The position numbers were made by a program, and so were the translations under genes. This document shows, piece after piece, positions 12,435 through 24,918 of a stretch of 64,000 nucleotides of DNA. Each line of letters starts with the position of its first letter. Positions within the stretch are counted from its first letter, which is position 1. The notes under the pieces are model-generated. The model did not search any database, was not told where the DNA came from, and saw nothing but the letters and a program-made list of their open reading frames with translations. The stretch comes from Neodothiora populina (Eukaryota). The stretch lies in the NCBI RefSeq assembly GCF_041146345.1, contig NW_027191407.1, positions 124,001 through 188,000 of the forward strand, written 5' to 3'.

Positions 12435-12946
12435 GTGGGGAGGAAGGGGGGAACGAATGAGACATTTATATATACAAATCACCTTTCTCATGGAAAACCT
12501 ACTTATGACTGTTACATGATACTCGGAGGCCCTCGGGGGATAGGCTGGGAAGACTCATGTGTTCGACCTCGGGAAAGGCAAGTCTGGAGACAGAGAGAGG
12601 TCCATTGATGCGCGGGAGCTGGGGCTCATGACAGAACCAAAACCGTTCTCTGTTTTCTAAGTACAGTCACCACTAGGACTAGTTGGCGACGGTAGCCGTC
12701 AAGTGGTCCAAGGCAGATGGAAGTCTGACGTTTTCCCCTTTCACCCGAGGTTGCTAGATCTGGGGTAAGAGCGCCTTCACATGCCAAAGTGCGGAGGGCT
12801 AGCGGGCAACGGGAGTTGGTCTAAAGAGCAATGCGCGTTCTTATGCGTCCAATCATCAGCCTCGAATAGCGGGTTAAATGCCATGGACTCATGCTGTCGC
12901 TAAGCACACACTTTTGCGCGTACAATGATTCAATACTTGGCCGAGG
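12435..12946. promoter_or_regulatory. ICL promoter: TATA-like element, four CCTCGG/CCGAGG (FarA/FarB-type) cores and five SYGGRG (CreA-type) sites
   Basis: TATATATAAA on the - strand at ~12465-12474. CCTCGG at 12531 and 12567; CCGAGG at 12745 and 12941. SYGGRG at 12435, 12584, 12619, 12760 and 12791. Confidence 0.55.
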
Positions 12947-13187
12947 TACTAACGCAACTGCTCCCCGTCAGACCACTAGAATTTAATTGCATCACATTTC
13001 GAGATTGAGATGTTATACATATTGCCATACACAAACACAATTGTATTGTGGGCGTTGGACGATGGCAGGACCTCCTATGCGGTCGGCCCTACCATTTAGA
13101 TCAAATTTGAATCAGACTCTCTAGGTCAAACCCAGGGTGGGTATCAAGGTCGGAACTTCCATTTCCCATGGCCGCAGTCTCATAGTT

Positions 13188-14274
13188 CTAAAGAAGGGTA
13201 TCACCAAGAGCACAGCGCACCAGAGAACATCCAGCACGAATGGTCTCAGATGCACCCTCGGACTCGAGGCTGGGATTGACCTCGACCAGATCCATGGCGA
13301 TGAGGCTGCCAGTCTCATGAACGCACTCGGCGATGAAGTCACCCTCTCTCAACGTGAGGCCTCCGCGAACAGGAGTACCCGTGCTAGGGGCCCACATGGG
13401 GTCGAGGGCATCCACATCGAACGAAAGGTGGATAGGAGTGTCGCTGCCAATCCAGCCTAGTGCCATATCCATAATCTTGCCGATGCCGTGTCTGACATGA
13501 AAGAGTCAGCATTATGTTTATCTATCGTAAGTACAAGGCTGTGTTCTTACCTGTCAATATCGTGCATAGAGAAGGCCTTGATGCCGTTTTCCCTGAGGAT
13601 CTTCTTCTCTCCGCTATCGATGTCTCTCAACCCGATGTAGACGAGCTTTTTCACGCTGACTCTTTGGTCGTCCTTGATCCATCCGAATGTCTGTTCGTTG
13701 TCATCCTTGGCCAGGCCAGTCAGGAAAGCGACCGGCATGCCGTGGATGTTTCCACTCTCTGAAGTCTCTGGAGTGTTGATGTCTGCGTGTGCATCCACCC
13801 AAATAACGGCAAGATCTCTTCCGAGTCTCTCTTTCGTTGCCTTTGCTGTGCCTGAAATGGTTCCCACGGCGATAGAATGATCTCCACCGAGTGTCAAGAC
13901 AAAACGACCTTCCTTGGCGTGCTCATACACCTGCTGGCTGAGCTTTTGTGTGACTGCGCTCACAGCTCTGGGCTTCTTCATTCCACGGTAGTCGGGATCC
14001 TCCTTGGGCATGATATCGGTGTAAGAATGGACCTGGCCATCGTAGTGCACGTTGTACTCGAGCTCAGACTTCAACTGATCGATGAGCCCGGCTTCTATCA
14101 GGGCCATGGGAGCTGCCTCGACGCCTTCCTGGCACTAAAGGTTGTCGCATCAGTGTTTGCGCCGAGTTTTGAGGGGGTTCTGTCGCTTACTTGACCACCA
14201 TTAAACGCGACGGCGACCAGACCCAACTCTGTGCGAGTGGGCAGGAACTTGGGTTGGAGAGAAGGAGCGTCCAT
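13188..14274 (-). CDS. CAR1: Arginase (3 exons)
   Basis: LGGDHSIAVGT, WVDAHADINTP, SGNIHGMP, HLSFDVDALDP, PSTGTPVRGGL. Confidence 0.95.
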
Positions 14275-15116
14275 GATGATACTATAGGCGGAATAATAAC
14301 TACGGTTTGCGATGTTGGAACGCCAGAGGAGAAACTGGAAATATCACAAAGAAGGAGAAAACGAATTTTCTCAACGAATATAAAGGCCAGCTGACTCCAT
14401 TTTCAACGTTTGTTCGCTCTATCCCATATTGTACGTAAATGAGTCGCGAATTTCGCCTGAACCTGTACTTAAGGGAATTATGTTCGTGGTCTACAAGACA
14501 ATTCCCCTAAGTACAGGTATAGGCGACAACAAAGAGAACAGCGTCGGTCTTGGTGCTGCCTCGAGCGTCCCGCGGTGGGGCTCCCGCCATTCACGTCACA
14601 ACAGCCGCGGAATCGTTCACCAGGACGCGGAGTATTCCGACTAAGGCAGCTGTGTTTGAACATTTAACAAATCCATGGTTAGAAGACCTTGCTGCGTATC
14701 TCTACGATTGTTAATATTATAGTTAATGTAACGATCGAAGTACTTACAAGCACCGCTCAAAAGCTTTTCTCTCAAAGCACTTTTCCCGCTCAAACTACGA
14801 CTCTTGCAGCTGTCATGACAACGCGCAAAATGCATTATGGACTTTGTAACCATATGGAAAACACATTCGACTGTTTCTGCGCATGCGAATGATATTGATC
14901 TCTTTGTATGTCACGACATAAGGAGAGTAGAAAGCTGAAATGGAGTTGCGATCGGAGTATCTCGAGCTTGGGTGAGGATTTGCATGAACGGGGTATTGTG
15001 GTGAAAATAAGCATATTGGAGAAAGACTTTTGGGTAGTAAGTCATTTGCTGCTAACATGTCGCTCTTTTGTCATTTATGGTATCTATATCACTCCTTCAT
15101 CTGGATTTTCGTCCTT

Positions 15117-16075
15117 TCACGCCCCGCCACCACTGAGGTACTCGCCAACACCGGTAATGGCGTCGGCGAATCTTCGACCCTCAATCAGTGTCAAATGTCC
15201 CATGGGCTTGATGCCAGCCTCCTGGAATGCTCTCTTGGCATCACTGGCCCCCTCATCCGTCGCCTTCTCGTAATCAAAGTTTCCAAACCCTAAACTGAAC
15301 TCGTGCAGCTTCTCGTCTTCGGGGTGAAAGTAGAAAGTCTCCGGGGCGGATTGTTTCTTGTTCTTCTTGCTCGGGCGGTTCTCCTCGGCGTCGAGTTTCG
15401 AGTCGACTTCTTGGTATGTTTTTGACAGAATAAGGTAGTGTGTGAAGTCGTAGGGCTCCTTTTCGTCCAGCGCCCATTGGATTTCCTCTTGCAGCATTGT
15501 GTAGCATGGCGTGATGATTTCAGAGGGCATGTTGATGAATCGCTCTGTTAGAATCAGACCGACCTGTTTCGTGTCGTCCTCTAGAAGTTTTGGCAGTGTG
15601 TCGGCAAGAGATGGCACTGTGGCGGCTTTGGAGGCGATGTAGCGTGTGAGAGCTTGGATAACAGGCTTGTCCTTGTGTTGGTGCAGGTTGAGCACTGTGA
15701 GGAAAGCAAAGGGGTCGGTCTCGTTTCCGTCGACTTTGACTGTGCTGCCTAAGAGAGGCTGGGATAGAATGAGGTCGGAGAGAGGTGACATGTCGAAGAG
15801 GACATTGTCCACATCGAGTAATTGCCGTAGGAGAGTCTTGAGACCGTGAAAGTCGACTGCGGGTTGGGGATCGAACCACTCAAAATCAACATCGAGCATG
15901 TCCTCGTCCTGTTCCATAACACTCAGTCAGCGACAAGTTCTCCACCATCACTTCTATCTGTTCTGGTTGATTGTCAATATAGACTTACATCATCAGAACT
16001 GCTCTCATCGTCATTGTCCCTCATCTTGTGATCCTTGGGAGGCGCATCCTGTCCTGCAGCTTTTCTCTTTGACAT
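15117..16075 (-). CDS. BCP1: Bcp1/BCCIP ribosome biogenesis and Mss4 export factor (2 exons)
   Basis: VDFEWFDPQPAVDFHGLKTLLRQL, GLILTERFINMPSE, FYFHPEDE; first exon MSKRKAA...; intron 15909-15988. Confidence 0.9.
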
Positions 16076-16489
16076 TTTGAACTCTAGGCTATATCGAGAA
16101 GTGATTAATTTGTTTTATGGTAAGCAGTTCCTAGTTGAACAAAATATGCAAAATATGTATTTCACCTCCAACTTTTTGGTCGGAGGTCGGCGAACTCGAC
16201 AGGGAATCAGACCCTGAGCCGAGTCGTGGGAGTCATGGCGGGGTTGATCGGGATGATATATGACTCGCTACAAGTGTGAGGCAGTATCGAGACGCCGACA
16301 GTGGGAATCAAGGACGACAAGGACAAGTAGTGCGGATCGGCGGCAAGCTGAAGTACAGCGGTAGGATAGCAAGAGTGAGCAGATGGTTTAGCACTCAGGA
16401 GAGCTTGAGTGTTACACACAAGTAGAATTCTCCGTATTTCTCAGTCACGTCTTTAATGAACCCTTAATAGGCTCCCAACAGCCAACACT

Positions 16490-17109
16490 CTACAAAGCCT
16501 TTCTGAAGGCGGCCTTGAAGGGATAAATTTGGACCTACAAGTTCAACCCCAAAAACAAGAGTCAGTCATCAACAGAACTCATAAGGATAATCCCGTATAA
16601 CGACGGTCCGCGAAGAGACCGCAAGGGGAACAAAAACTTACCTTCTCCCAATTCCAAACCCCACTCTGAGAATAGACATCTCCCTTTAACTTTTCCAGCA
16701 CCTCCTCCTTGGTCTCGGCCAGCGCAAGCATGATTGATCCATTGATCTTTGGACCTTCTCCTTCCTTTGGCGGCTCATCGAGGGTTGCTCCGCCCATAAG
16801 CCACAGGCCGGATTCGACGTCGGGCGTTAGGTTCGAGAGATGGGACCTGAGGGGTTTCAGTCTACTGTTATCTTCTTTTCGGATAGGGAAACAAGAAATG
16901 GAGGAGAGAGATGGAAGAGGAGAGGAAACATACTGTCTTACGCTCATACGCTTCTCCAAAGCGTCCGTATTGTCAGGTAGGATGACGATCCATTCGTGCT
17001 TTTGAGCCATTGTGCTTGTCGTTGATAGAAAGCGAAGTGTCGGAATTGTTCGAGCGGTGCAACGTGAGGTCGTACAGAGTCTTGATCGAAGGCAGAGTAA
17101 TGTTGACAT
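16490..17109 (-). CDS. YciI-like dimeric alpha/beta-barrel protein with a putative mitochondrial presequence (3 exons)
   Basis: HEWIVILPD..ALEKRMSVR..HL, GGATLDEPP, GSIMLALAE..EEVLEKLKGDVYSQSGVWN, last exon VQIYPFKAAFRKAL*. Confidence 0.8.
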
Positions 17110-17404
17110 GTATTTCGTTCGTACTGTAAGGTAATTCAGCGAGACACTTATTTCTCGTTTGTACCTGGATGGACCTTTGAGACGGAGCTTGGATTGGTTT
17201 GACGTGATCAATGGTGTTATGCGGGGAAATGTGCATGCGGGGCAATTCATAAGATAGAGAAGGCCGATGTCGGTAGAGGACTTGGGGGAACATTCGCTGG
17301 TATGTACGAAATCACAGTAGTCGAAGACTGACTGTTCAAGAACAAGTTATATCTTATATACGAGAGATATGTATGTACGCAATATCGAAAAGCAGAGCAT
17401 TCGA

Positions 17405-18993
17405 TCAGAGCTTGGCCTTTGGCTTCTCTTCCATCGCCGAGGCCACCATTCTCCTCTGAATCTTGCCAGTCGCAGTTTTAGGCATAACATCTGTGAAAAA
17501 GACCTATAATACATCCTCATCAGCACGTTGTCATCGTCAGAGATGTACAGAACAGAAAAACATACCTTCTTGGGGACCTTGAACTTGGCTACCTTCTCAG
17601 TCATCCACTTCTTCAACTCGTCTGCTGTCATCTTCTCGCCATCCTTGAGCACAACGGCAACAGCGACATCCTGGCCGTACATCTCATCTGGGGTGGCGAA
17701 ACTGACAGCTTCGGCGATCTTAGGATGTTGTGCCATAGTGTTGTCAAGTTCGATGGGACTGATCTTCTCACCACCCTTGTTGATCAGCTCCTTGATGCGT
17801 CCAGTAATGATGACATATCTGTCCTCATCCATCTTGCCCTGGTCTCCCGTTCTGAAAAAACCTTCGGCTGTGAATGACTCCTTGTTTGCCTTTTCGTTGT
17901 TCAAGTATCCTTTGGTGACATTCTCACCGCGGATAGAAATCTCGCCTTCTTTGCCTTGAGCAACCTCCTTTCCATCCTGGTCAAGAATCCTGACCTCAAC
18001 ACCTTGGCCGATTCCTACTGAACCTGGCTTACGTTTGCCGTCCAGAGGGTTGGAAGTCATCTGGTGAGCAGCTTCGGTCATGGCATATGCCTCAAGTACA
18101 GGCGCGTCGAACTTTGCCTCGAGCTCATGAAAGACTTTCGGACTTAGAGGACTTGAGCACGATCTTATGAATCTGATGTTTGGCTTGGTCGGAGGAGGAG
18201 GACTCTTAAGCAGAATCTGGTGGATGGTCGGCACTGCAGTGTACCAATTGGCCTTGAACTCAATAAAGTCGCGCCAGAATTCAGAGGCAGAGAACTTGGC
18301 AGGCACGACGGCTGATCCACCAGAGAGCAGAGGAGCAAGGAAACCAGCAAGTAGACCGTGAACGTGGAACAATGGCATGACCAGCATGGTACGATCCTTT
18401 GGAGTCAGTTCGTAGGTCTTCTGGATGTTTCTCATAGTCCTCGTCAAGTTCTTGTGCGTGAGTGGGACGGCCTTGGGTCGTCCTGTTGTACCACTGGTGT
18501 GGAGAACCAGGGCCACATCATCCGGCTGTGCTTTCTCGACTGGCTTATTGCCGTTGCCCTTCAGCTTGCCCTCGTCTTTGATGTCAAGAACGACCTCTTT
18601 ACCATTCCAATAGCACTCGGCGACTGCAGCCTTGTACTTGGTGGCGGCCTTGACAGCCGGACCATCTGCGAGACCCTGCGGGACAAGCACTAGAGCAGAA
18701 CTCAAGTCATCGACGTAAAATTCAAACTCGGACTGTTTGTATGCGGGATTGAGAGGAGCAGCAATGCCGCGCTGCCACGAAGCTGCGAGGAATGCGACAA
18801 TAAACGGGTATGAGTTGGGCAGAGCTATTGACACAGCAGAGCCTTGTGTGATGCCGAGTCTGGCGAGTTTCTTCTGGAATGCAAGCACATCGGCGGCAAG
18901 TTGCTTGTAGGACACAGTCAACGCTGGCTTGCCAGGGATGATGACAGCCGTAGCGTCGGAAGATAGAGCGAGTGAGTTGGCGAGTGTCGACAT
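17405..18993 (-). CDS. PCS60: Peroxisomal acyl-CoA ligase, Pcs60/oxalyl-CoA synthetase type
   Basis: AMP-binding LHTSGTTGRPK, PLFHVHGL, FIRSCSS, EAYAMTEAAHQM. The spliced last exon gives MPKTATGKIQRR...KPKAKL* (PTS1 AKL). Confidence 0.88.
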
Positions 18994-20181
18994 GCTTGCG
19001 ATTGCCTGGTGTTTTCAATGTCAGGAGGCGGGTTATTCTAGTGATGAGGTCCAGATACGAATATGATATCAGGACAATGCTTTCATCACCCTTGGTTTAC
19101 TTACACTACGGTACCTTATGTCACCATCACGATAAGGGTGCTGGACTGTTCGTTATTTCCATGATACTGCCATTTCCGTGTTTCGATAGTGACTGCCAAA
19201 TTGGGATTAGTGGTGTATGTCATCGAGCACCTCATCGAGAAAGCCGGGACCAGGTTCGACCAGGATCCCCATGCCTCGGAGTCTTTACTAAACATAAGGT
19301 ACCTAATTGATAGAGCACCATATACAGCGAGTATCCAACCATTGAGATGAAAGGCAACGTGCTTCAAAAGCTTCTTAATTGTCGAGCAGACGACCAAGTC
19401 TTTGTCTGCTACTCTCAGAGCGAAATCTATTACCTCCGTCGAGCTACTGTAGCATTAAGAGCGCGAGAAGCCACCAGGCAGCGTCAGCGATGATAATAAC
19501 ACCGCTGAGCACCTACTCACTGAGGTCACTAGCAGATGCTCACTGTGCTTCACTGGCGCAGTGTTGTGAAAGTATGAGGCGGAGTGAGCAGCATATGTGA
19601 TAACGTATACTGTATAGATAGAAGATTATGTTTGATCACCAGACGATCAAATCACAAATATACGTAAAATCATGACGGGTGCTGTGATACAATATACAAA
19701 GGTAAGCGCTTCCAGTTGGAGTGGTCAGGTCCAAAGAGTGTCTTCGTTTTATCGATAAGGACGATCTACTGTACTGCAAGTAAGCGGCCACCTGGCCAGC
19801 AGCACCGGTAGAGGTCACACCCCAACATCAACCTATCCTTGTTTCTCTTCTGTTTTCGTATCGTATCTTGATGCGATAATATAGAGCAGAAGTGTGCTAC
19901 ATATTCGGCAGGGCTCTTTGTGTACTTTACTGTCGAATCGCGCAGTGGTAGCTTGGCCTCTTTGCTCAACTTGACATGGACCTCTATTGAAAGAAATGCA
20001 CACATTCGCTGTTGCATTTATCTCTTCGCATGTGTAAATTATTACCACATAAATACGAACATCTCACTGAGGTAACGGGCTTTTCACGACCGCGAGGAGA
20101 TCTTATGTTGCTGTTGTTCGCCTTCCCTTGCCTCCGGGAATGCTCACATCACGTCGGCCGCCACACGAGGCCTTTTCGTCT

Positions 20182-23100
20182 ATGACATGTCTGCTTTCGC
20201 TACTTGTTCTTGCTTTTTGTTCTCTGCTCGTCAATGGCATGACCGACGCTGAGATTGCCGCTCTGAAACAAGATGCGAGATATGTCTTCTACCATGGTAT
20301 GACCAATTACCATCGTTATGCCTACCCCGAGGACGAATTGCGCCCTATCACCTGTACTCCTCTGACACGTGATCGATTTGATCCAAGCCATATCGAGGTC
20401 AATGATGTGCTCGGGAACTATTCTCTGTCCGTTGTCGACAGTCTTTCCACTCTGGCTATATTGGCTTCTTCTCCCACTTCAATCTACGACAAACACAACG
20501 CGCTCGACGACTTCCAAAAGTACATTCGTTTACTGGTGGAAGAATATGGAGATGGCAGGTCGGGTCCCACCGGACAAGGCAGGAGAGCGAGAGGCTTTGA
20601 TCTGGACAGCAAGGTTCAAGTCTTCGAGACCACCATTCGTGGCGTTGGCGGTCTCTTGAGTGCACATCTCTTTGCTGTCGGCGAGCTACCTATTCGGGGC
20701 TACCAGCCAGTGGAAGAGCAGCTCGAAGATGGTCGTTCTGGAATTCTCTGGGATCATGACTTCGTATACGATGGTCAATTGCTGCGTCTTGCGCAAGATC
20801 TTGGCGAGCGACTGCTGCCTGCCTTTCACACTCCGACTGGCCTGCCTTATCCACGTGTGAATCTCAGGCACGGCACGCCTTTTTACGAAAACTCGCCACT
20901 GAATAACGATCCAGAACACGGCCAGTGCAAAAAAGGACGTGTGCACACCGCAGAGAAAGAAATTACTGAAACTTGCAGCGCTGGCGCTGGGAGTCTGGTA
21001 CTCGAATTCACCGTTCTCAGCAGACTTACGGGCGACGAGAGATTCGAGCGGCTAGCGAAACGTGCCTTCTGGGCTGTCTGGGAGAGGCGCAATCCTTCTA
21101 CAGGTCTACTCGGTGCTGGCATCGATGCAGAGACTGGTACCTGGATTGGTGCCTTTACTGGTATCGGTGCTGGCATCGACAGTTTCTTCGAATATGCCTT
21201 CAAATCTCACGTTTTGTTGTCTGGCTCACATTATGATACCACGCAATGGCGCGAAAATTCACCTGAGTCATTCTTGCAGACCTGGCACGAAGCTTATGCT
21301 TCTCTTACCAAGCACGTTCGGCGAGACGTCCAGTTTCAGCATCCTCACTATGCCCAGAACGATCTGTACACTGGCGGTCCTAGGCTATCCTGGATCGATA
21401 GCTTAAGCGCCTACTACCCTGGTCTCCTTGCATCTGCTGGAGAGGTCGAGGAGGCTTCTACCGTTCACCTGTTGTATACCGCTCTGTGGACTCGATATGG
21501 TGCTTTACCGGAACGTTGGAATGCCCAGACAGGCGCGATCGACAATGGACTTCGATGGTGGGGTGGCAGACCCGAATTCATCGAGTCTACCTGGTATCTT
21601 TATCGAGCTACACAAGACCCTTGGTACTTGCATGTCGGCGAGATGACCCTTCGTGATATCAAAAGACGGTGCTGGACTAAATGCGGATGGGCTGGTCTAC
21701 AAGATGTTCGCACCGGAGAGCAGAGTGATCGTATGGAAAGTTTCTTTCTAGGTGAAACTGCAAAGTACCTCTACCTGCTCTTCGACACGGAGCACCCTTT
21801 GAACAAACTTGATGCTCCTTGGGTCTTTACTACCGAGGGTCATCCTCTGATCATACCTCCTTCAAAACGCGGAGACCCCGTGACTGATCAGGTAGAATCA
21901 CAGCTCTATCCGTGGCTATCACAGGGAAAGTGCCCGATCGCACCAGAGTCCCTGCCATTCACTATGTCTACCGTGGCCGCTCGCCCGGATATCTTCCATG
22001 CGGCCTCGCTCGCTCGTCTACATTTGATGCCTAAGAAAGACACGCCAGGTGCGCCTCTTCTTGATTTCTCTGCGGATCACCCGAGTGTCACTGTAGGCGA
22101 CATCGCATCTCCGAACAACTACACCTATTTCCCGTGGACACTGCCGCCTTACCTCATTCCATCCAACGCGACGAGTTCCAAGGTGGCAGTGCGACCCACA
22201 TTCGACCTTACCTTTCCCTCGTTGCCTAGTACTGGGTTTGATCTCGGCACCCTGCAAAAAGTCGATGGCGGGATTCTTGTCAACTCTATATCCGGTCTGC
22301 GATTCGGTATGGTTCTTGAAGAGGACGATGCGGGAGAGCAGCGGTATAGGATTCATGCTCTTAGCAATCTTGCGCTCGGCAAAGACGAAAACCTCTACTT
22401 AGGAACTGGTACTCTGTCGCAAGTAAACCCCGCCGATCCCCATTTCACTCGAATGAGGGACACGGAGGTTGTTGACTTGATCATCGACGCTCCTGTGCCG
22501 CCTTTAGTTGCCGCTGCGGGTACAGAACTTGACACAGATGAGGCCGCGGCAGCCTCTAACGCATCCGTTGAAATACTTGATCTTTTCGATCTGGATTTCA
22601 CACTCGACCTTGACCCGGACTTGTTTTCAGCAGAGCACAACAGCGAGTCTAGCGAGGCAATATTGAGCCAGATTCCAGCAGCTGTCTTTGCGGATGCAGA
22701 CAGATTGGCCGAACAGCTTGATGCGCTTGTGGGTATCTTGCCTGATGCCATAGGAGTGGATAACGCCCTTCGCAATGCAGCAGGCAAGCTCCGTGCAGGA
22801 CAGTCACTAGGTCCGAAACTTGAGAAACATTCTGGAAGTCGCGACGGTGGCCCTGTTCGATCTGAAAAATACGAAGAACAAGAAACGTTGAGGCGATATA
22901 CAGTGCCCGCTATGGTATCCACCGGCATCGGTGCCGCACCACTGCCACTATCCCTCGATACAGCACCAGATCCTACAACCTTGGACTCCGGCTACCTCCC
23001 ATACAATTCCGTCCTCGTCATTGACAGCGATCTCTGCGACACCGAGGACCAGCCACCACTGACCTTATCGACGGACATACCTTCGAACCACAACATCATT

Positions 23101-23580
23101 GTGGTTAAGAGAGGCGGATGCAGCTTCAGCACCAAGCTCTCCAAGATCCCATCTTTTGCGCCGAGCGCCCGTGGGCTACAAATGGTCATTGTCGTCTCCT
23201 TTCCCGAACACGAACACCGCAAGAGAGACAACGACTACACCACCGACGAAACCAGCCTCGTCAGACCTCTGCTCGACGAGAAACAACTGACGCCAAAGGG
23301 CGTCGAGAGAAGAAACGGGATCGCGATGGCCATGGTCTCCGGTGGTGAAATCACATGGGACACATTCGTGCATGCGGCGACTGCATTCGGAAGTGTCGAT
23401 GTCGAGGGCGGGAAAATTGTCATTAGAAGCAGCAAAAACGACGAAGAAGAAGACCATAAAGGGAAAAGGAAGTCGAAGGCTAAAGACAGTAGCAAGAGAG
23501 AAAGGGCAGGAATTGGGATCCGTAGACGCTATTATTGGAGCAGTCAGGGGGTTAGGATAAGCAATTTGTTCATGCGATAA
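20182..23580 (+). CDS. MNL1: GH47 alpha-1,2-mannosidase-like ERAD lectin (EDEM/Mnl1/Htm1) with a PA-like C-terminal domain
   Basis: Signal peptide MTCLLSLLVLAFCSLLVNG; DELRP, VFETTIRGVGGLLSAH, GAGIDSFFEY, RPEFIESTWYLY, DRMESFFLGET, FTTEGHP; PA-like VVKRGGCSFSTK. Confidence 0.9.
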   Translation: MTCLLSLLVLAFCSLLVNGMTDAEIAALKQDARYVFYHGMTNYHRYAYPEDELRPITCTPLTRDRFDPSHIEVNDVLGNYSLSVVDSLSTLAILASSPTSIYDKHNALDDFQKYIRLLVEEYGDGRSGPTGQGRRARGFDLDSKVQVFETTIRGVGGLLSAHLFAVGELPIRGYQPVEEQLEDGRSGILWDHDFVYDGQLLRLAQDLGERLLPAFHTPTGLPYPRVNLRHGTPFYENSPLNNDPEHGQCKKGRVHTAEKEITETCSAGAGSLVLEFTVLSRLTGDERFERLAKRAFWAVWERRNPSTGLLGAGIDAETGTWIGAFTGIGAGIDSFFEYAFKSHVLLSGSHYDTTQWRENSPESFLQTWHEAYASLTKHVRRDVQFQHPHYAQNDLYTGGPRLSWIDSLSAYYPGLLASAGEVEEASTVHLLYTALWTRYGALPERWNAQTGAIDNGLRWWGGRPEFIESTWYLYRATQDPWYLHVGEMTLRDIKRRCWTKCGWAGLQDVRTGEQSDRMESFFLGETAKYLYLLFDTEHPLNKLDAPWVFTTEGHPLIIPPSKRGDPVTDQVESQLYPWLSQGKCPIAPESLPFTMSTVAARPDIFHAASLARLHLMPKKDTPGAPLLDFSADHPSVTVGDIASPNNYTYFPWTLPPYLIPSNATSSKVAVRPTFDLTFPSLPSTGFDLGTLQKVDGGILVNSISGLRFGMVLEEDDAGEQRYRIHALSNLALGKDENLYLGTGTLSQVNPADPHFTRMRDTEVVDLIIDAPVPPLVAAAGTELDTDEAAAASNASVEILDLFDLDFTLDLDPDLFSAEHNSESSEAILSQIPAAVFADADRLAEQLDALVGILPDAIGVDNALRNAAGKLRAGQSLGPKLEKHSGSRDGGPVRSEKYEEQETLRRYTVPAMVSTGIGAAPLPLSLDTAPDPTTLDSGYLPYNSVLVIDSDLCDTEDQPPLTLSTDIPSNHNIIVVKRGGCSFSTKLSKIPSFAPSARGLQMVIVVSFPEHEHRKRDNDYTTDETSLVRPLLDEKQLTPKGVERRNGIAMAMVSGGEITWDTFVHAATAFGSVDVEGGKIVIRSSKNDEEEDHKGKRKSKAKDSSKRERAGIGIRRRYYWSSQGVRISNLFMR

Positions 23581-23882
23581 CCTTTTTTGTTCCGTCTATT
23601 GAATGTATGTAGAACAATATCAATATATACACACATACTCATTTCGTCCACTCATCAATACTTTCTCATGAGTCTTGTCTGGAGAAGTCCAAGGCGGCTC
23701 TGGACATGTCCATATAAGGATAAAGCACTCGCCACGACTTTCATGTGTTGCGGAGAGGAATACAAGAACTAGATTTGACCACCTGTGTATATGTGCATGC
23801 TACTCAAATTGAAGCGGGAGAACATATCAGCATCATAACTTCTGGATATCGATTCTGTCGTGTCTACATGGCAATATCTTCT

Positions 23883-24918
23883 CTAGTTTGTGACGGCTTG
23901 GACAATGGCGCCATCAGCGCCTTGATCAAGGTCGTCGAGACTCTTCATGTCTTCTTTGTTGAGCTCAAAGTCATAAATGTCGGCATTGCCCTCGATCCTG
24001 CTGGGCGTGTCACTCTTTGGCAACGGAACCTACACCAGTGTGAACTTCTGTTTGTCTATGAGTCAAGTCATTTGTAACGTACCCAGCCCTTCTGCAGGCA
24101 ATATCTGATGAGGACTTGGCCGGTGCCCTTGTTGTGCTTCTTCGCGATGGAATTCAAGGTAGGGTCGTCGGCCTTCTGGTTGCGGACGAGAGGGCAGTAA
24201 GCCTCAACGACAATCTTGTTGTCTTGACAGTACTTGACTGCCTCACGCTGCTGGTTCCAAGGGTGAAGCTATAATTGCAGCATTAGGATTTCATTACTAG
24301 GTCAAGATAGTCATGTTCACACACCTCGATCTGGTTGACATGAGGAGGCCAGACTTGGGCAAACTGCTTGAGCTCCTCGATCTGACCCACACCAAAGTTG
24401 CTGACACCGATTGCCTTTGTCTTGCCATCCTTATACAGACGCTCTAGTGCTTGCCACAGCGTTTTCCTACCCTCAGGACCGCTGCTAGGGGAGTGGATCA
24501 AAAAGAGATCAACGTAGCCGCCCTTGTCAATCTTATCCACACTCTCAACCAGACTTTTGTAAGTCTCGTCGACGTTGCTTGCAGGGCTTAGGATTTTGGT
24601 TGTAAGGAAGACATCCTTGCGAGGAACATCGGACTCTTTGATCGCCTCTCCCACTAAGCCCTCGTTTGCATAGTATTGCGCAGAATCAATGTGTCTGTAT
24701 CCAGCTGCAAGAGCAGTAGCACAAGACTTCTTGCATGTCGGTCCATGTGACTGGTAGACACCAAAGCCAAGCGCAGGGATCTTGACCGATGAGTTTGGTA
24801 GTGGCAGAATGGACTGGAGAGTAAACGAAGACATGTTGATGCTATAATGAAACGATCTGGAGTATGCTAGGGAGTGTAGACGTGAGTTCAATAGAAGTGG
24901 TTTTACTCTTGTGAACAT
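23883..24918 (-). CDS. Aldo-keto reductase (Gcy1/2,5-DKG reductase-like), 3 exons; core Met at 24834
   Basis: IPALGFGVYQ, GYRHIDSAQYY, VFLTTK, YVDLFLIHSP, AIGVSNFG, VNQIE|LHPW, QVLIRYCLQKGW. Confidence 0.9.
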
